A DNA stretch of 23,462 nucleotides from a virus (lineage: Duplodnaviria; Heunggongvirae; Uroviricota; Caudoviricetes), in IMG/VR virus record IMGVR_UViG_2617270947_000006. One strand, given 5' to 3'. The notes under the pieces were generated by a model. That model saw only the letters and a program-made list of their open reading frames with translations. It had not been told where the DNA came from and did not search any database. This document shows positions 9,151-18,080 of this stretch, in pieces; position 1 is the first letter of the stretch; each line of letters opens with the position of its first letter. A program made the position numbers and the translations under genes.

Positions 9151-10653
9151 TCACAAAATGAAACGGATCTGCGCGGCCATGAAGCGGAACTGGTTAACCA
9201 GATCCGGTGTACACATCACATCCAGACGGTTACGGTCTTTTGTGTTGCGCTCCACGAGCAGATTCTTTTTAAAGGTGTCCAGATTTTCGACCAGTCCCAG
9301 CTCCACCCATTCTTCACCCAGCGAAATTAACTGAAGTTTCATGATCTCCGGCGTCACGATATTCTGACCTGCACGAACAGGCGTCCCGTCATCAGCCAGT
9401 TTATGGCGCGGAAAACGTTGCGTGATAAAGGTGCGCAGGGAATAACGCAGATATGACAGGGTGTAGATGGTTTCCACATCCAGATAGCTGGGATCGCTTT
9501 CGCCGTATGCATTCTGACGGTACATCGTCACCTGACGTTCAATCTGCACCATGTCAGCGGCCGCGACGGTCACCGTGGACATGCCGGTATAAAGCAGGCT
9601 GTTTCGCTCTTCCCGCGTCAGACGAGCTGGTGCTTCAGGTGCCATACGGGCAGGCAGCGCCAGTGTCTGTAATGGTCGGGCCGGATCCGTTGACAGGGAG
9701 GGCGCACAGACCGCACAAATGGAGGCCGCCCAGACATAATCCGGCTCTGGTGCTTTAGGAATAGAAGTGCAGGTAAACAGGAAGTCATTACGGGATTCAC
9801 CAAAACTGGTTGCCGTACCGAAGGTGCCGGTATGCGCCATCCAGACCATACCGTCCGACATTTTTACCGGTCCCCAGCGTTTCAGCAGTTCATCCGCCAG
9901 AATTTTGAGATTTGCCGCATCCTTATAGGGCATGACGATGTAGTTGTACTGACGATTCCCCATCCCTGAGACGCTACGGGTGATATCGGGGTTTGTTGCC
10001 TTCTGTGTTGGCGCGACGAGCTCCAGCGTAAGACCGGCCGGTGTAGTTTCACCGTCATAATAGTTCACCCGTAAATCATGAGCTGAGCATTCACCGATAA
10101 AGCGGGCGTTAACCCCCATGCTGCCTTTAAGTCCTTCAGCATTATCACCACTGACTTCAGCTGCGATAGCAGTGAATGGCGCATCAGTGTCAGCGTTAAT
10201 GACCTTAGCCAGCTCTTCCACAAGCTCTTTACCTTTTTTCCCCTTACTGACGGGCAGGAGGTAACGGCGACCGCCGATGTAAACACTTAACACCCCGTCT
10301 GCCAATGCTGTTCCAATGATATTCATCACGCATGCCCTGGACTGACCTGTTCCAGCCCCCTGTGCAATGGCATATAACTCTGTGTCAGGGTTAATGGCGA
10401 TAAATTCCTCTACCATCAGTGCAATCATGGAACCTCGCCCCCAGAGTTCTCTTGCTTGTGAAGCTCGGGTAATACGTACTGGTACATCAAGCTGACCGCG
10501 CCCCTGAATGGTGGTGTCTTTCATTGCAGCCTGACCAAACAACAGTACCGCCTGACGCTGTGGTGGAGTGCCGGTCACGGCCATTGAATTATTGATTTCA
10601 ATCTGTACCAGCGGAATGCGATTGTTATCGCCGATATAATCAAAGTTAATCAT
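9151..10653 (-). CDS. Contractile tail sheath protein (Mu gpL-like), 500 aa
   Basis: About 500 aa, immediately upstream of the tube gene in the canonical sheath-tube-chaperone-tape measure block. Confidence 0.9.
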   Translation of the reverse strand: MINFDYIGDNNRIPLVQIEINNSMAVTGTPPQRQAVLLFGQAAMKDTTIQGRGQLDVPVRITRASQARELWGRGSMIALMVEEFIAINPDTELYAIAQGAGTGQSRACVMNIIGTALADGVLSVYIGGRRYLLPVSKGKKGKELVEELAKVINADTDAPFTAIAAEVSGDNAEGLKGSMGVNARFIGECSAHDLRVNYYDGETTPAGLTLELVAPTQKATNPDITRSVSGMGNRQYNYIVMPYKDAANLKILADELLKRWGPVKMSDGMVWMAHTGTFGTATSFGESRNDFLFTCTSIPKAPEPDYVWAASICAVCAPSLSTDPARPLQTLALPARMAPEAPARLTREERNSLLYTGMSTVTVAAADMVQIERQVTMYRQNAYGESDPSYLDVETIYTLSYLRYSLRTFITQRFPRHKLADDGTPVRAGQNIVTPEIMKLQLISLGEEWVELGLVENLDTFKKNLLVERNTKDRNRLDVMCTPDLVNQFRFMAAQIRFIL

Positions 10654-10931
10654 CAGGACGTCCCCTTATCTGATGCTGCGGTTTTTTCAGCCACCGCCGC
10701 AGTTTTTTCTGCTGCCGCTCCCGCTGGTTTTGCCGCCGCGCCGGTATTACCTGTTGTGGCAGCCGGGGCAGGCTCCGCCGTTTTATCCACCACAATGACG
10801 TCGCCATCATTAAGACGGCGGCACCAGAACGGAGTGAAGGGTTTCTCTTCCCCGTCCTGAGAGAGCGGAGTCATCGTGTCGGGATCGCGGATCAGGCATC
10901 CCGGCGCAGGTTTAATAAAAATGGTTGTCAT
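10653..10931 (-). CDS. Mu gp38-like small protein, 92 aa, with an Ala/Lys-rich C-terminal tail
   Basis: Synteny between the gp37-like and sheath genes; low-complexity C-terminus AAEKTAAVAEKTAASDKG. Confidence 0.55.
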   Translation of the reverse strand: MTTIFIKPAPGCLIRDPDTMTPLSQDGEEKPFTPFWCRRLNDGDVIVVDKTAEPAPAATTGNTGAAAKPAGAAAEKTAAVAEKTAASDKGTS

Positions 10932-10934
10932 CTG

Positions 10935-11498
10935 TTATTCCTCTGACAGTCCGGCGTTTTCACCGGCGGCAGTTGCACCAGGCAGACGGATGTGTGCCTT
11001 AAATTCCGGCGTGCCTTCCGGTTCGGTAAAGGTTTCGTAATGGCGCAGGAAATCATCCAGCGAGCTGATATCCGTCAGCGGGTCGATCATTTCCTCGCAT
11101 GAGAAATACAGGGCGTACATCACGGCACCGCTGCCTGCCTGCGTTTCGGTGTAACCGTTGACCGCCTTTTCAAAGTAAAGCGGTGAGGTTTTTTCTGCTC
11201 TGAAGCCGTCCAGCACGGTAATCAGGCGGGCCACAATCTGATAAAGCCCGGGACGGCTGACCTCACGGCCATTGAGCATGTCGCCGATGACGTAGAACAC
11301 CCAGTGACTGACCAGACGCCCACGGGTACGCCCTTCACCGGCACCCAGCCAGGCAACATAGATAGCCGGGGCGTTAATCAGCATGGTGCGCAGCACGCTG
11401 TCGCTCCAGTCGCCGGGATGTGTGTCAACAGACACCAGTTCATTCCCGAAATACTCACGAATACGGGTGATATATGCCTGTTCGGTTTCCGTAATCAT
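10935..11498 (-). CDS. Mu gp37-like head-tail connector/completion protein, 187 aa
   Basis: Synteny and size. Confidence 0.65.
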   Translation of the reverse strand: MITETEQAYITRIREYFGNELVSVDTHPGDWSDSVLRTMLINAPAIYVAWLGAGEGRTRGRLVSHWVFYVIGDMLNGREVSRPGLYQIVARLITVLDGFRAEKTSPLYFEKAVNGYTETQAGSGAVMYALYFSCEEMIDPLTDISSLDDFLRHYETFTEPEGTPEFKAHIRLPGATAAGENAGLSEE

Positions 11499-11914
11499 AT
11501 AAAGCCCTTCTGGTTGCGCCCGAACACCGCCGCATCAGACTGCACCTGCGGTAAATCCCCGGATTCAGGGGCCGCACCGTCTGTATCCACGCCGACCGGC
11601 ACGTTACCGTTCATGACATCTTTCAGCCAGGCCAGCGCCTCACGGTAACGGTCACGCGCCTGATCGGATGCCCGCTGATCGCACAGGTAATAAAAGGCAA
11701 TCGTGCAGCAATGCTGAACAAGGACCGCCGGAACCACCGCCAGCGGCAGCGTGTAACGGGAAGACAGATAGCTGTCGATAAGGGCAGACGCGTCCGTCAG
11801 TGCCCGGTTCAGCTTGCGCGTGTCCGGTTCATCCGAACGGGGCACGGCCAGTAATGGCCTGAGCAAATCCTCGCGGTAACGTGCCCGCATATCGGTTTCG
11901 GTGGCGTAATTCAT
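11495..11914 (-). CDS. Mu gp36-like head-tail joining protein, 139 aa
   Basis: Synteny and size; ATGA-type overlaps with both neighbours. Confidence 0.65.
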   Translation of the reverse strand: MNYATETDMRARYREDLLRPLLAVPRSDEPDTRKLNRALTDASALIDSYLSSRYTLPLAVVPAVLVQHCCTIAFYYLCDQRASDQARDRYREALAWLKDVMNGNVPVGVDTDGAAPESGDLPQVQSDAAVFGRNQKGFI

Positions 11915-12270
11915 GCGCGCGCCTTTTTCGCCTGTCTGGCGTTATTGCCGGTCTTTTTCCGGGGAGCATCCTGTACGGTTTCGGCTTCGGCTAAATCTGC
12001 ACCGGTCTCTGCATGAACCACATCCGCCACGGCTCCCGCATCATCACCAGGCGTCTGTAGTATTCGTACAGTGAGGCATGGCTCCGCTTCCAGTCGGGCA
12101 AGCTGCTCCGGGGTGACGTCAACCTGCTGGCGTCCCCGCATGAACAGGAACCCCGCACGACGAAAATGCGTACGACTGCAACGCACTTCTGCCAGTACCG
12201 TGACAGGACTGTCACCACTGACCTGAAGGCCTGAATCATCTGTTGCTGCCACAGTGTGATGTTCATTCAT
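11911..12270 (-). CDS. Mu gp35-like hypothetical head protein, 119 aa
   Basis: ATG 12268-12270 preceded by GGAGGG 6 nt upstream; first gene after the hairpin that follows the major head gene. Confidence 0.55.
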   Translation of the reverse strand: MNEHHTVAATDDSGLQVSGDSPVTVLAEVRCSRTHFRRAGFLFMRGRQQVDVTPEQLARLEAEPCLTVRILQTPGDDAGAVADVVHAETGADLAEAETVQDAPRKKTGNNARQAKKARA

Positions 12271-12287
12271 ATTTGCCCTCCGCAGGG

Positions 12288-12306
12288 GCCGGGCCGTAAG
12301 CCCGGC
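12288..12306 (-). other. GC-rich stem-loop immediately 3' of the major head gene; candidate partial terminator or mRNA-stabilising hairpin
   Basis: Perfect 7-bp inverted repeat GCCGGGC (12288-12294) / GCCCGGC (12300-12306) with a CGTAA loop, in the 43-nt gap between the T stop and the next start. It is not followed by a U-tract on the minus-strand transcript. Confidence 0.4.
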
Positions 12307-12313
12307 TCACCGT

Positions 12314-13261
12314 TTACAGATAATCCGCGACAACCAGCTCCAGCTTGCCCTTCATCTCGTTAGAGACTGTGGCGTTACCGTCTGCGAACAGCTCGCGCTC
12401 CAGCAGCTGCACCGCCTGTTTTTCCAGCGAGGTGGGGACAACAATATGGGTGGGTTTGATGCCGAGTTTGCGGCCACCGTCAGCCTTAAAGTCACGCATG
12501 GCTGACCAGCCGTGCCACAGCGCATCCAGCGTCAGCGGTGACTGCATCATGTAGGCCATCTGCCAGAAGCCGTAGCCCACATTGCGACGGGCGGAAGCAC
12601 CGAACACAAACTCGTTATCAGTAAACGCACGGCCTTCATCGACTTTTGTCTGGGCAACCAGTTCGGCTTTGCGGCGATCCTGATAAATCAGCGGTTTTAC
12701 CGCGCGGGAGCAGTCAAGCAGATACCAGGCCGGGCCGCTGTAATCCGCCTGTGCACCGACAGAGCCGGTTTTTGCCACAAACATATTGCTGACCATCTGT
12801 GCATCACCGGAGCCATCCACTTTGGGGTAAACAGGGTGTTCGGTATCAAAGAAGTTCTGGCCGTCATAGCAGGCCGCATTCAGACCATCACGCAGTGCAG
12901 CAAAGACCAGTTCATCCGGTTGTGCCGCAGCGGCACGACCCATTTCCTGGAATAACGGGGAGTAGATGCCGAGATTGTCGTCTTCAAAGTCATCGCGGCT
13001 AATGGCAACGGTGCCTTCAAAGGTTTTGTTCACGATGGCGTAGCCATAGGCTTTCATCTTCTCGATGACGCGGGAGCCGATCCACTCACGGAACTGCGGG
13101 AACTGCCCCAGCCAGCCGTAGGTGTTGGATTTCGAGGTGGACGGCACGGTCATCGCAATTTTCTGGTACTGCGACGGAGCCATGGACATCCCGGCCTGAA
13201 AATCAGAACGGTAGCCCGTCATCAGGGCGGTGATCATCGCCGGTGTAATCGGGGTAGGCAT
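12314..13261 (-). CDS. Major head (capsid) subunit (Mu gpT-like), 315 aa
   Basis: Size (Mu T is about 305 aa) and position directly after the protease/scaffold gene; TAATG stop/start overlap with the upstream gene. Confidence 0.9.
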   Translation of the reverse strand: MPTPITPAMITALMTGYRSDFQAGMSMAPSQYQKIAMTVPSTSKSNTYGWLGQFPQFREWIGSRVIEKMKAYGYAIVNKTFEGTVAISRDDFEDDNLGIYSPLFQEMGRAAAAQPDELVFAALRDGLNAACYDGQNFFDTEHPVYPKVDGSGDAQMVSNMFVAKTGSVGAQADYSGPAWYLLDCSRAVKPLIYQDRRKAELVAQTKVDEGRAFTDNEFVFGASARRNVGYGFWQMAYMMQSPLTLDALWHGWSAMRDFKADGGRKLGIKPTHIVVPTSLEKQAVQLLERELFADGNATVSNEMKGKLELVVADYL

Positions 13262-14394
13262 TATTGCATTTCCTCTTTCATTTTCAGGAACTCGGCTTCG
13301 GTTTTACCCAACAGACGTGCGGCGGCGATATCTTCAGCCGACAGCACAGCGGTGGCGGTCTTTTTATCCGGCACGGTTACGGTGTCGGTCTGAAGAGTGG
13401 TCAGAGCCGCAACCGGCTGGCGGGCGTCAAGCTGTGCAGAAAGTGCCGCGACGCCAATCTGTTGTCCGAGTCCTTCCATGTATCCGCGTTCGCTTTTGAA
13501 AATGCGTCCTTCGGACTCGGCCTTATCCAGCAACTGCTCCAGCGTGGTGCTGCCGTGTTGTGCCGACAGCGCGGCATATTCGGTACGCAGGGCGTTATAC
13601 GTCTCAACGGGCACATATTTCGTCAGATCAATAGTGCCGCCAGTTGGTGTGCCTTTTGCGGTTTCCAGTTCTGCCGACAGGCTGGCAACCTGCGTTTTCA
13701 GGGTGTCGTGCGCATCCGCACGGGTTTTGATCCCGGTAAGGGCAGACAGCGCCGCCGTGCCCAGTTCCGGTGTAAATTCGTCACCGTCAGCCACGGTCAG
13801 ACCGAGCGCCGTCAGCAACTGGCGTAATTGCTCATTCATGGGGGATTGCTCCTGAGAAGGGGAAACGACATAGAGATCATCAGCACTGAGTGCCGCGACA
13901 GGGTTCATACCCGTAATACCCGGATCATTCGTCAGGGAAGCCATGCGCAACAGGTAGGGTTCCCCGGTGTCAGCGAAATAATGCATATATGCAGACAGAT
14001 AGGCATATTCACGGTCATCAATATGTTTTTGTGCCTGTGGTGTCCATTCAGGTTTAATGAAAATCCCCTGACCCTCACGCCATTCGATGTTTTCCGGCTT
14101 AACCCATCCTGCAGCAATAGCCTTGAATCCGTTTTTCTGCGCATTCACGGAGTGATGGTCATAATCAATCAGTAACGGCTGATGCAGGGCGGAAAGCCCG
14201 GCTTTCATCCGGTTACAGGCGGATTCGTTAATCAGCCAGCCTTCAGTCGGTTTTTCCGGGCGACCGTCACGGGCCTTTACCCGACCGGCTGGCAGTAACT
14301 GACACCATCCGTCGCCGGATGCAGTCAGCGAAGCTGAAAGCACGGCTAAACCGGAGGGGCGATTTGCGTCTTTTGGGTGATTTTCTGTCTTCAT
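13261..14394 (-). CDS. Head maturation protease/scaffold (Mu gpI-like), 377 aa
   Basis: Size (Mu I is about 361 aa) and position between the G-like and T-like genes; preceded by the 177-bp G-I gap. Confidence 0.85.
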   Translation of the reverse strand: MKTENHPKDANRPSGLAVLSASLTASGDGWCQLLPAGRVKARDGRPEKPTEGWLINESACNRMKAGLSALHQPLLIDYDHHSVNAQKNGFKAIAAGWVKPENIEWREGQGIFIKPEWTPQAQKHIDDREYAYLSAYMHYFADTGEPYLLRMASLTNDPGITGMNPVAALSADDLYVVSPSQEQSPMNEQLRQLLTALGLTVADGDEFTPELGTAALSALTGIKTRADAHDTLKTQVASLSAELETAKGTPTGGTIDLTKYVPVETYNALRTEYAALSAQHGSTTLEQLLDKAESEGRIFKSERGYMEGLGQQIGVAALSAQLDARQPVAALTTLQTDTVTVPDKKTATAVLSAEDIAAARLLGKTEAEFLKMKEEMQ

Positions 14395-14571
14395 ACCGGC
14401 AGCATAAGCCGGGTATTTTTGGGGCTGGTTTTGCGGGACTTCAGAAAGTGCTGACAGGGGGGGAATGAGAAAGGCGCTTCACGCAGATTTTAAAGCCCGT
14501 TAAATACAGGTTAGAAAATCACGACACGCGCCTGAAGGGGGTAAGGTAATACGTTTGCATACCTTAAACCA
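14395..14571 (-). promoter_or_regulatory. G-I intergenic region: candidate late promoter for the head/tail operon and candidate equivalent of the Mu centrally located strong gyrase site
   Basis: Largest non-coding gap in an otherwise overlapping operon. Contains a G7 run (14457-14463; C7 on the coding strand). In phage Mu the late promoter P_I and the strong gyrase site are both described in this interval. Confidence 0.35.
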
Positions 14572-15045
14572 TTACGGCGTTTCTGTGGCCTTTTTAAAGC
14601 GTTTTCTGATTTCGTCCATGATCTCCTGTTCTGCCACCTGATCAAAGCCCATATACGGACGTGCGCCAATGGCCGCCGGTCCCGGTGGCATACCAGGCAG
14701 GCCACCCCACTGATGAATGGCTGCATAAGGTTCATTTGATCCAATCAGCGCCCAGGTATCGCCATAATCCGTGGTCAGGCGGCGGGCCAGATCGCCGTTC
14801 AGCGTCAGGATTTTGCCGGGCGTGTATCCCTTACGGGTACGCCACTCACGGTAAGGATCTGACCAGTCATGCCAGCGTTCACCATCCGGCTCTTTTTCCT
14901 GCTCAAACGCCATTTCTGACGATGACAGAAGACTCGCCGCCACACTGCGGGCCAGGTCTTTTCCGCCGCCCACAAACTGAAGCCGGGCAAACACTCGCTG
15001 GAGACGCGTAACGTCAACAACGACAGCGGCATCAATGGATGACAT
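14572..15045 (-). CDS. Virion morphogenesis protein (Mu gpG-like), 157 aa
   Basis: Size matches Mu G (about 156 aa); ATG 15043-15045 preceded by GGAGG. Confidence 0.8.
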   Translation of the reverse strand: MSSIDAAVVVDVTRLQRVFARLQFVGGGKDLARSVAASLLSSSEMAFEQEKEPDGERWHDWSDPYREWRTRKGYTPGKILTLNGDLARRLTTDYGDTWALIGSNEPYAAIHQWGGLPGMPPGPAAIGARPYMGFDQVAEQEIMDEIRKRFKKATETP

Positions 15046-15166
15046 ATTGCCTCCGCATAAAGGATGAATATAAAATAAACAGGCGGTCAGTGTACGCTTA
15101 ACTGGTAAAGTCGGTGCCTGCCTCCGGGTGGATCATGTATGCGGGTTCGCCCCCCGCCACTGACCG

Positions 15167-16498
15167 TTAATCAATTTGTCCTTCCAGCACCTCAAGCATT
15201 CCGCCCCGGATATCCGATTTCAGCTTATCCATATTGATAACCCGGTAAGCATTCACAATCACATCCAGTTTGTCGGGCTGACGTTTCAGACTGTACGGTG
15301 CATTAACGGCAATCTGCACACTGCCATCCTGATTTTCCACGATATACATCAGATTGTTGTGCCGTTTGTCCCACAGTACCGCTTTTGGCTTTGCCAGCAT
15401 TGCCGGTAAGCGCCCGAAGTCCTCCGGCGTCAGAGCGATGCCGTCATTCTGATGTTTCACACTGTCCGCATGGAGCACATTTTTACCGCTCATCGCCAGC
15501 AGGCGGGCCGGTGGCGTTCCCGTCCGGCTTTCCACTGCCTGCGCAATGCTTTCAGTCATAAAGCCCAGCGTGCGGATATCGTTACCACCTCGCCGGGTCT
15601 GCATGATGTTTTTTGCCCAGATGCGGAACGCCAGCTGCCGCTCCGGGCTGTTGTTCATCTCCTGAACCACCATTTCCCGTAACGCCGGGCTTTTCACCTC
15701 GATCAGTTTGCGGATCAGCGCCTGGTCTGTGCCGAACGCTGCCGAGCCGGGGTTATATGACCAGCCCACATCCGGTGTCATGGTTCTGGTGCCATCTGAA
15801 TATGTGGTCACCGGCATTTCTCTGACTTCTCCGGTCTGTTTATCCACGCCAGCCTCAACATTGCGGGTGGAGAGATGATCCTCACCGGATGAAACGGATA
15901 ACCCCATTGCATCCAGACGGGCCTGAGACAATGGCCGCACACGGCAGCGGCAGTTCCAGCCATTGGGCGGGTAGTGTGTTTTCCAGAACGGATCGTCATA
16001 GCGGAATACCAGACCGTTAAGGGCGGAATGCGACGGGCGGGTACGGCTGTCCATGACCGCCACATACTGCCAGAACGGATGCGTGTCCGTGTTGTTCATC
16101 ATCTGCGTGTAACGCCCGGCATTGTAAGCCACACGGGTGTTCACGTTGTAAATCAGCGCCAGACGACGGGGACTGCCCAGCTGCACTTCTTCCGCGTTAC
16201 CGTCGCTGTCCACCACAATCTGCTTTCCCCACCATCCCAGCTTTTGCAGGCGTGGCGTCAGTGTGCGGATAAATTCTTTCTGTGAAATCCCCTCATCAAT
16301 GGCCCGCTGCACTTCGGCCTGTAATGTGGTTACCACATCCAGCCGTGCCGTTTTTGCTGCCGTGAATGAGCGGGCATGAACATCCGCGTCTGTTTCGAAC
16401 CAGTTCCAGCTGATATGCGCCCCTTTGGCGCGGAAGTATGCCACCGTCTCTTTTGAGGGAAGCGTGGCGGCATAACCTAAATCAATCCCCTGAGCCAT
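15167..16498 (-). CDS. Head morphogenesis protein (Mu gpF-like), 443 aa
   Basis: Size and position immediately after the portal gene (17-nt overlap). Confidence 0.85.
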   Translation of the reverse strand: MAQGIDLGYAATLPSKETVAYFRAKGAHISWNWFETDADVHARSFTAAKTARLDVVTTLQAEVQRAIDEGISQKEFIRTLTPRLQKLGWWGKQIVVDSDGNAEEVQLGSPRRLALIYNVNTRVAYNAGRYTQMMNNTDTHPFWQYVAVMDSRTRPSHSALNGLVFRYDDPFWKTHYPPNGWNCRCRVRPLSQARLDAMGLSVSSGEDHLSTRNVEAGVDKQTGEVREMPVTTYSDGTRTMTPDVGWSYNPGSAAFGTDQALIRKLIEVKSPALREMVVQEMNNSPERQLAFRIWAKNIMQTRRGGNDIRTLGFMTESIAQAVESRTGTPPARLLAMSGKNVLHADSVKHQNDGIALTPEDFGRLPAMLAKPKAVLWDKRHNNLMYIVENQDGSVQIAVNAPYSLKRQPDKLDVIVNAYRVINMDKLKSDIRGGMLEVLEGQID

Positions 16499-18080
16499 CC
16501 AGCATCCCCTTCATTTCCGCAGCAAACATGGCATCACTGAGCAGCGTCATCAGGCGGGAATCATCCATTTCACGGTAAAGGGCAGGCAGGTCTGCCAGTG
16601 CCTCCGCCAGCCCCCGCGTTCTGATGACATCAATGACCGGCTCCAGCACCGGATCGATGGCCTCCTGTAAGCGGCGGGCAGGCACCGCGTCCCCCATGTC
16701 GTCCAGTTCATCACGCGGCGTGTTTTTCGCTTCCGGCAGTCGGGCTGAAAGCGCCGTCTGTTCTGTCTTTTCCTGTTTTTCCGGTAGCGTTTCCCTGTCA
16801 GGCATGGCCGGTTCATTACTGTTCTGACGGACACGGAATATGGCTTCACCGGGCGTGGGCTGTGGAATACCGGTCTGCTCCCGTACCCAGGGATCAGGAA
16901 TATCCATCCCCGCACTGAGTTGCATCACCGCACTGGTTATTTTGGTGATATCCCCCGGTTCTTTGGTCTGGAAACAAATACGCGGCAGGCGACGGATATC
17001 AATGGCGTGGGCGGTGTTCAGGGCATACAGCGGATACACCAGATCGCGGTTCAGGGTTGCAGCCAGCTGGCGTAAATCAGAATCCCTGATTTCCCGGCGC
17101 ACCTCGTTATGCACCTCACCCAGCGAGCGCGCGCCTTTGTCTCCGGCTTCCGTGGTCAGCGTGCCGCCGAGTATTGCTTTGGAGATGGAACGCTCACCCC
17201 ACGAAATCATGGTTTCAAACGGATCGGCCTGACCGTTCGCTGCCGCCTGAAACTCCAGCGACATCCCGGCCGGGATGATCCCGCCTGTACGTCGCCCGAT
17301 ATCCATCACCGCCCGCATCAGGGCACTTTTCTGCTCCGGTGTTGCCCCGGACGGGTATTTCCCGACCTTCATTGGCAGGCCGTACACCTCCAGAAATTCC
17401 GCCAGATCGCGCACGGAATAGTTTTTGAAAATGAACGGCCAGATAAGCGTTCTGACAAGCCCCGTCGCACCACCGTAGCCGGTGCGTGAACGCGACTGAT
17501 GCACTATCCAGCCAAAGGGCTGAAACGCCACCCCGGCATGGCTGCCGTCACGCAGCCGCAGTTCGCTCAAATCATCCGGGTTAAGGCAGAAATGCCCGCT
17601 GTCACGCCAGCGGATGGCGCGGATGATGTGCATTTTACCGAGCATCCCGTGCTCAATTTCCATGCAGGAATAGCCCTTCAGGATGGCATCCGTGGCGTCA
17701 AACAGCATGGCATCAAACCAGTCTGCGGAATGCAGATATTCGTCGAGCATTTCCGCGTCCTTTTTCTCATTCGCGCTGGCGTTCGGTGGCGGCTCAATGC
17801 TCCATGGCACCCCCTGAATGGCAAGACGTCGCTTGCCCAGCTCCGCAAAAAGGTGGGTGTCCTTTTCTTCAATGTCAGCCGCCAGATCGGACTGGGCAAT
17901 CAGATCGCCACGTTCAGCCCCGCGAAGGCACTGCGCCGCCCGGTTCGGGGTGATACCCGAGGCGGGATGCTCAACATAACGGCTGGCAATCTGCGGAATA
18001 TCCAGCGCGGTACTTTGCATCTCCGGGTCAAAGGAGAAAGGTTTTCCGTCAAGATCAATTATGCGTCCCACTACCAGCAC
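16482..18080 (-). CDS. Portal protein (Mu gpH/gp29-like), 532 aa
   Basis: Size and position between TerL and F. The track start is a GTG overlapping the TerL stop, so the exact start is uncertain. Confidence 0.85.
   Translation of the reverse strand: MLVVGRIIDLDGKPFSFDPEMQSTALDIPQIASRYVEHPASGITPNRAAQCLRGAERGDLIAQSDLAADIEEKDTHLFAELGKRRLAIQGVPWSIEPPPNASANEKKDAEMLDEYLHSADWFDAMLFDATDAILKGYSCMEIEHGMLGKMHIIRAIRWRDSGHFCLNPDDLSELRLRDGSHAGVAFQPFGWIVHQSRSRTGYGGATGLVRTLIWPFIFKNYSVRDLAEFLEVYGLPMKVGKYPSGATPEQKSALMRAVMDIGRRTGGIIPAGMSLEFQAAANGQADPFETMISWGERSISKAILGGTLTTEAGDKGARSLGEVHNEVRREIRDSDLRQLAATLNRDLVYPLYALNTAHAIDIRRLPRICFQTKEPGDITKITSAVMQLSAGMDIPDPWVREQTGIPQPTPGEAIFRVRQNSNEPAMPDRETLPEKQEKTEQTALSARLPEAKNTPRDELDDMGDAVPARRLQEAIDPVLEPVIDVIRTRGLAEALADLPALYREMDDSRLMTLLSDAMFAAEMKGMLDGSGD

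Noticed and set aside
11991-12266. 91-aa alternative-frame ORF inside the gp35-like gene
   Set aside because: It is nested in another frame of a gene that has a strong ribosome-binding site and has no independent start signal; likely spurious.
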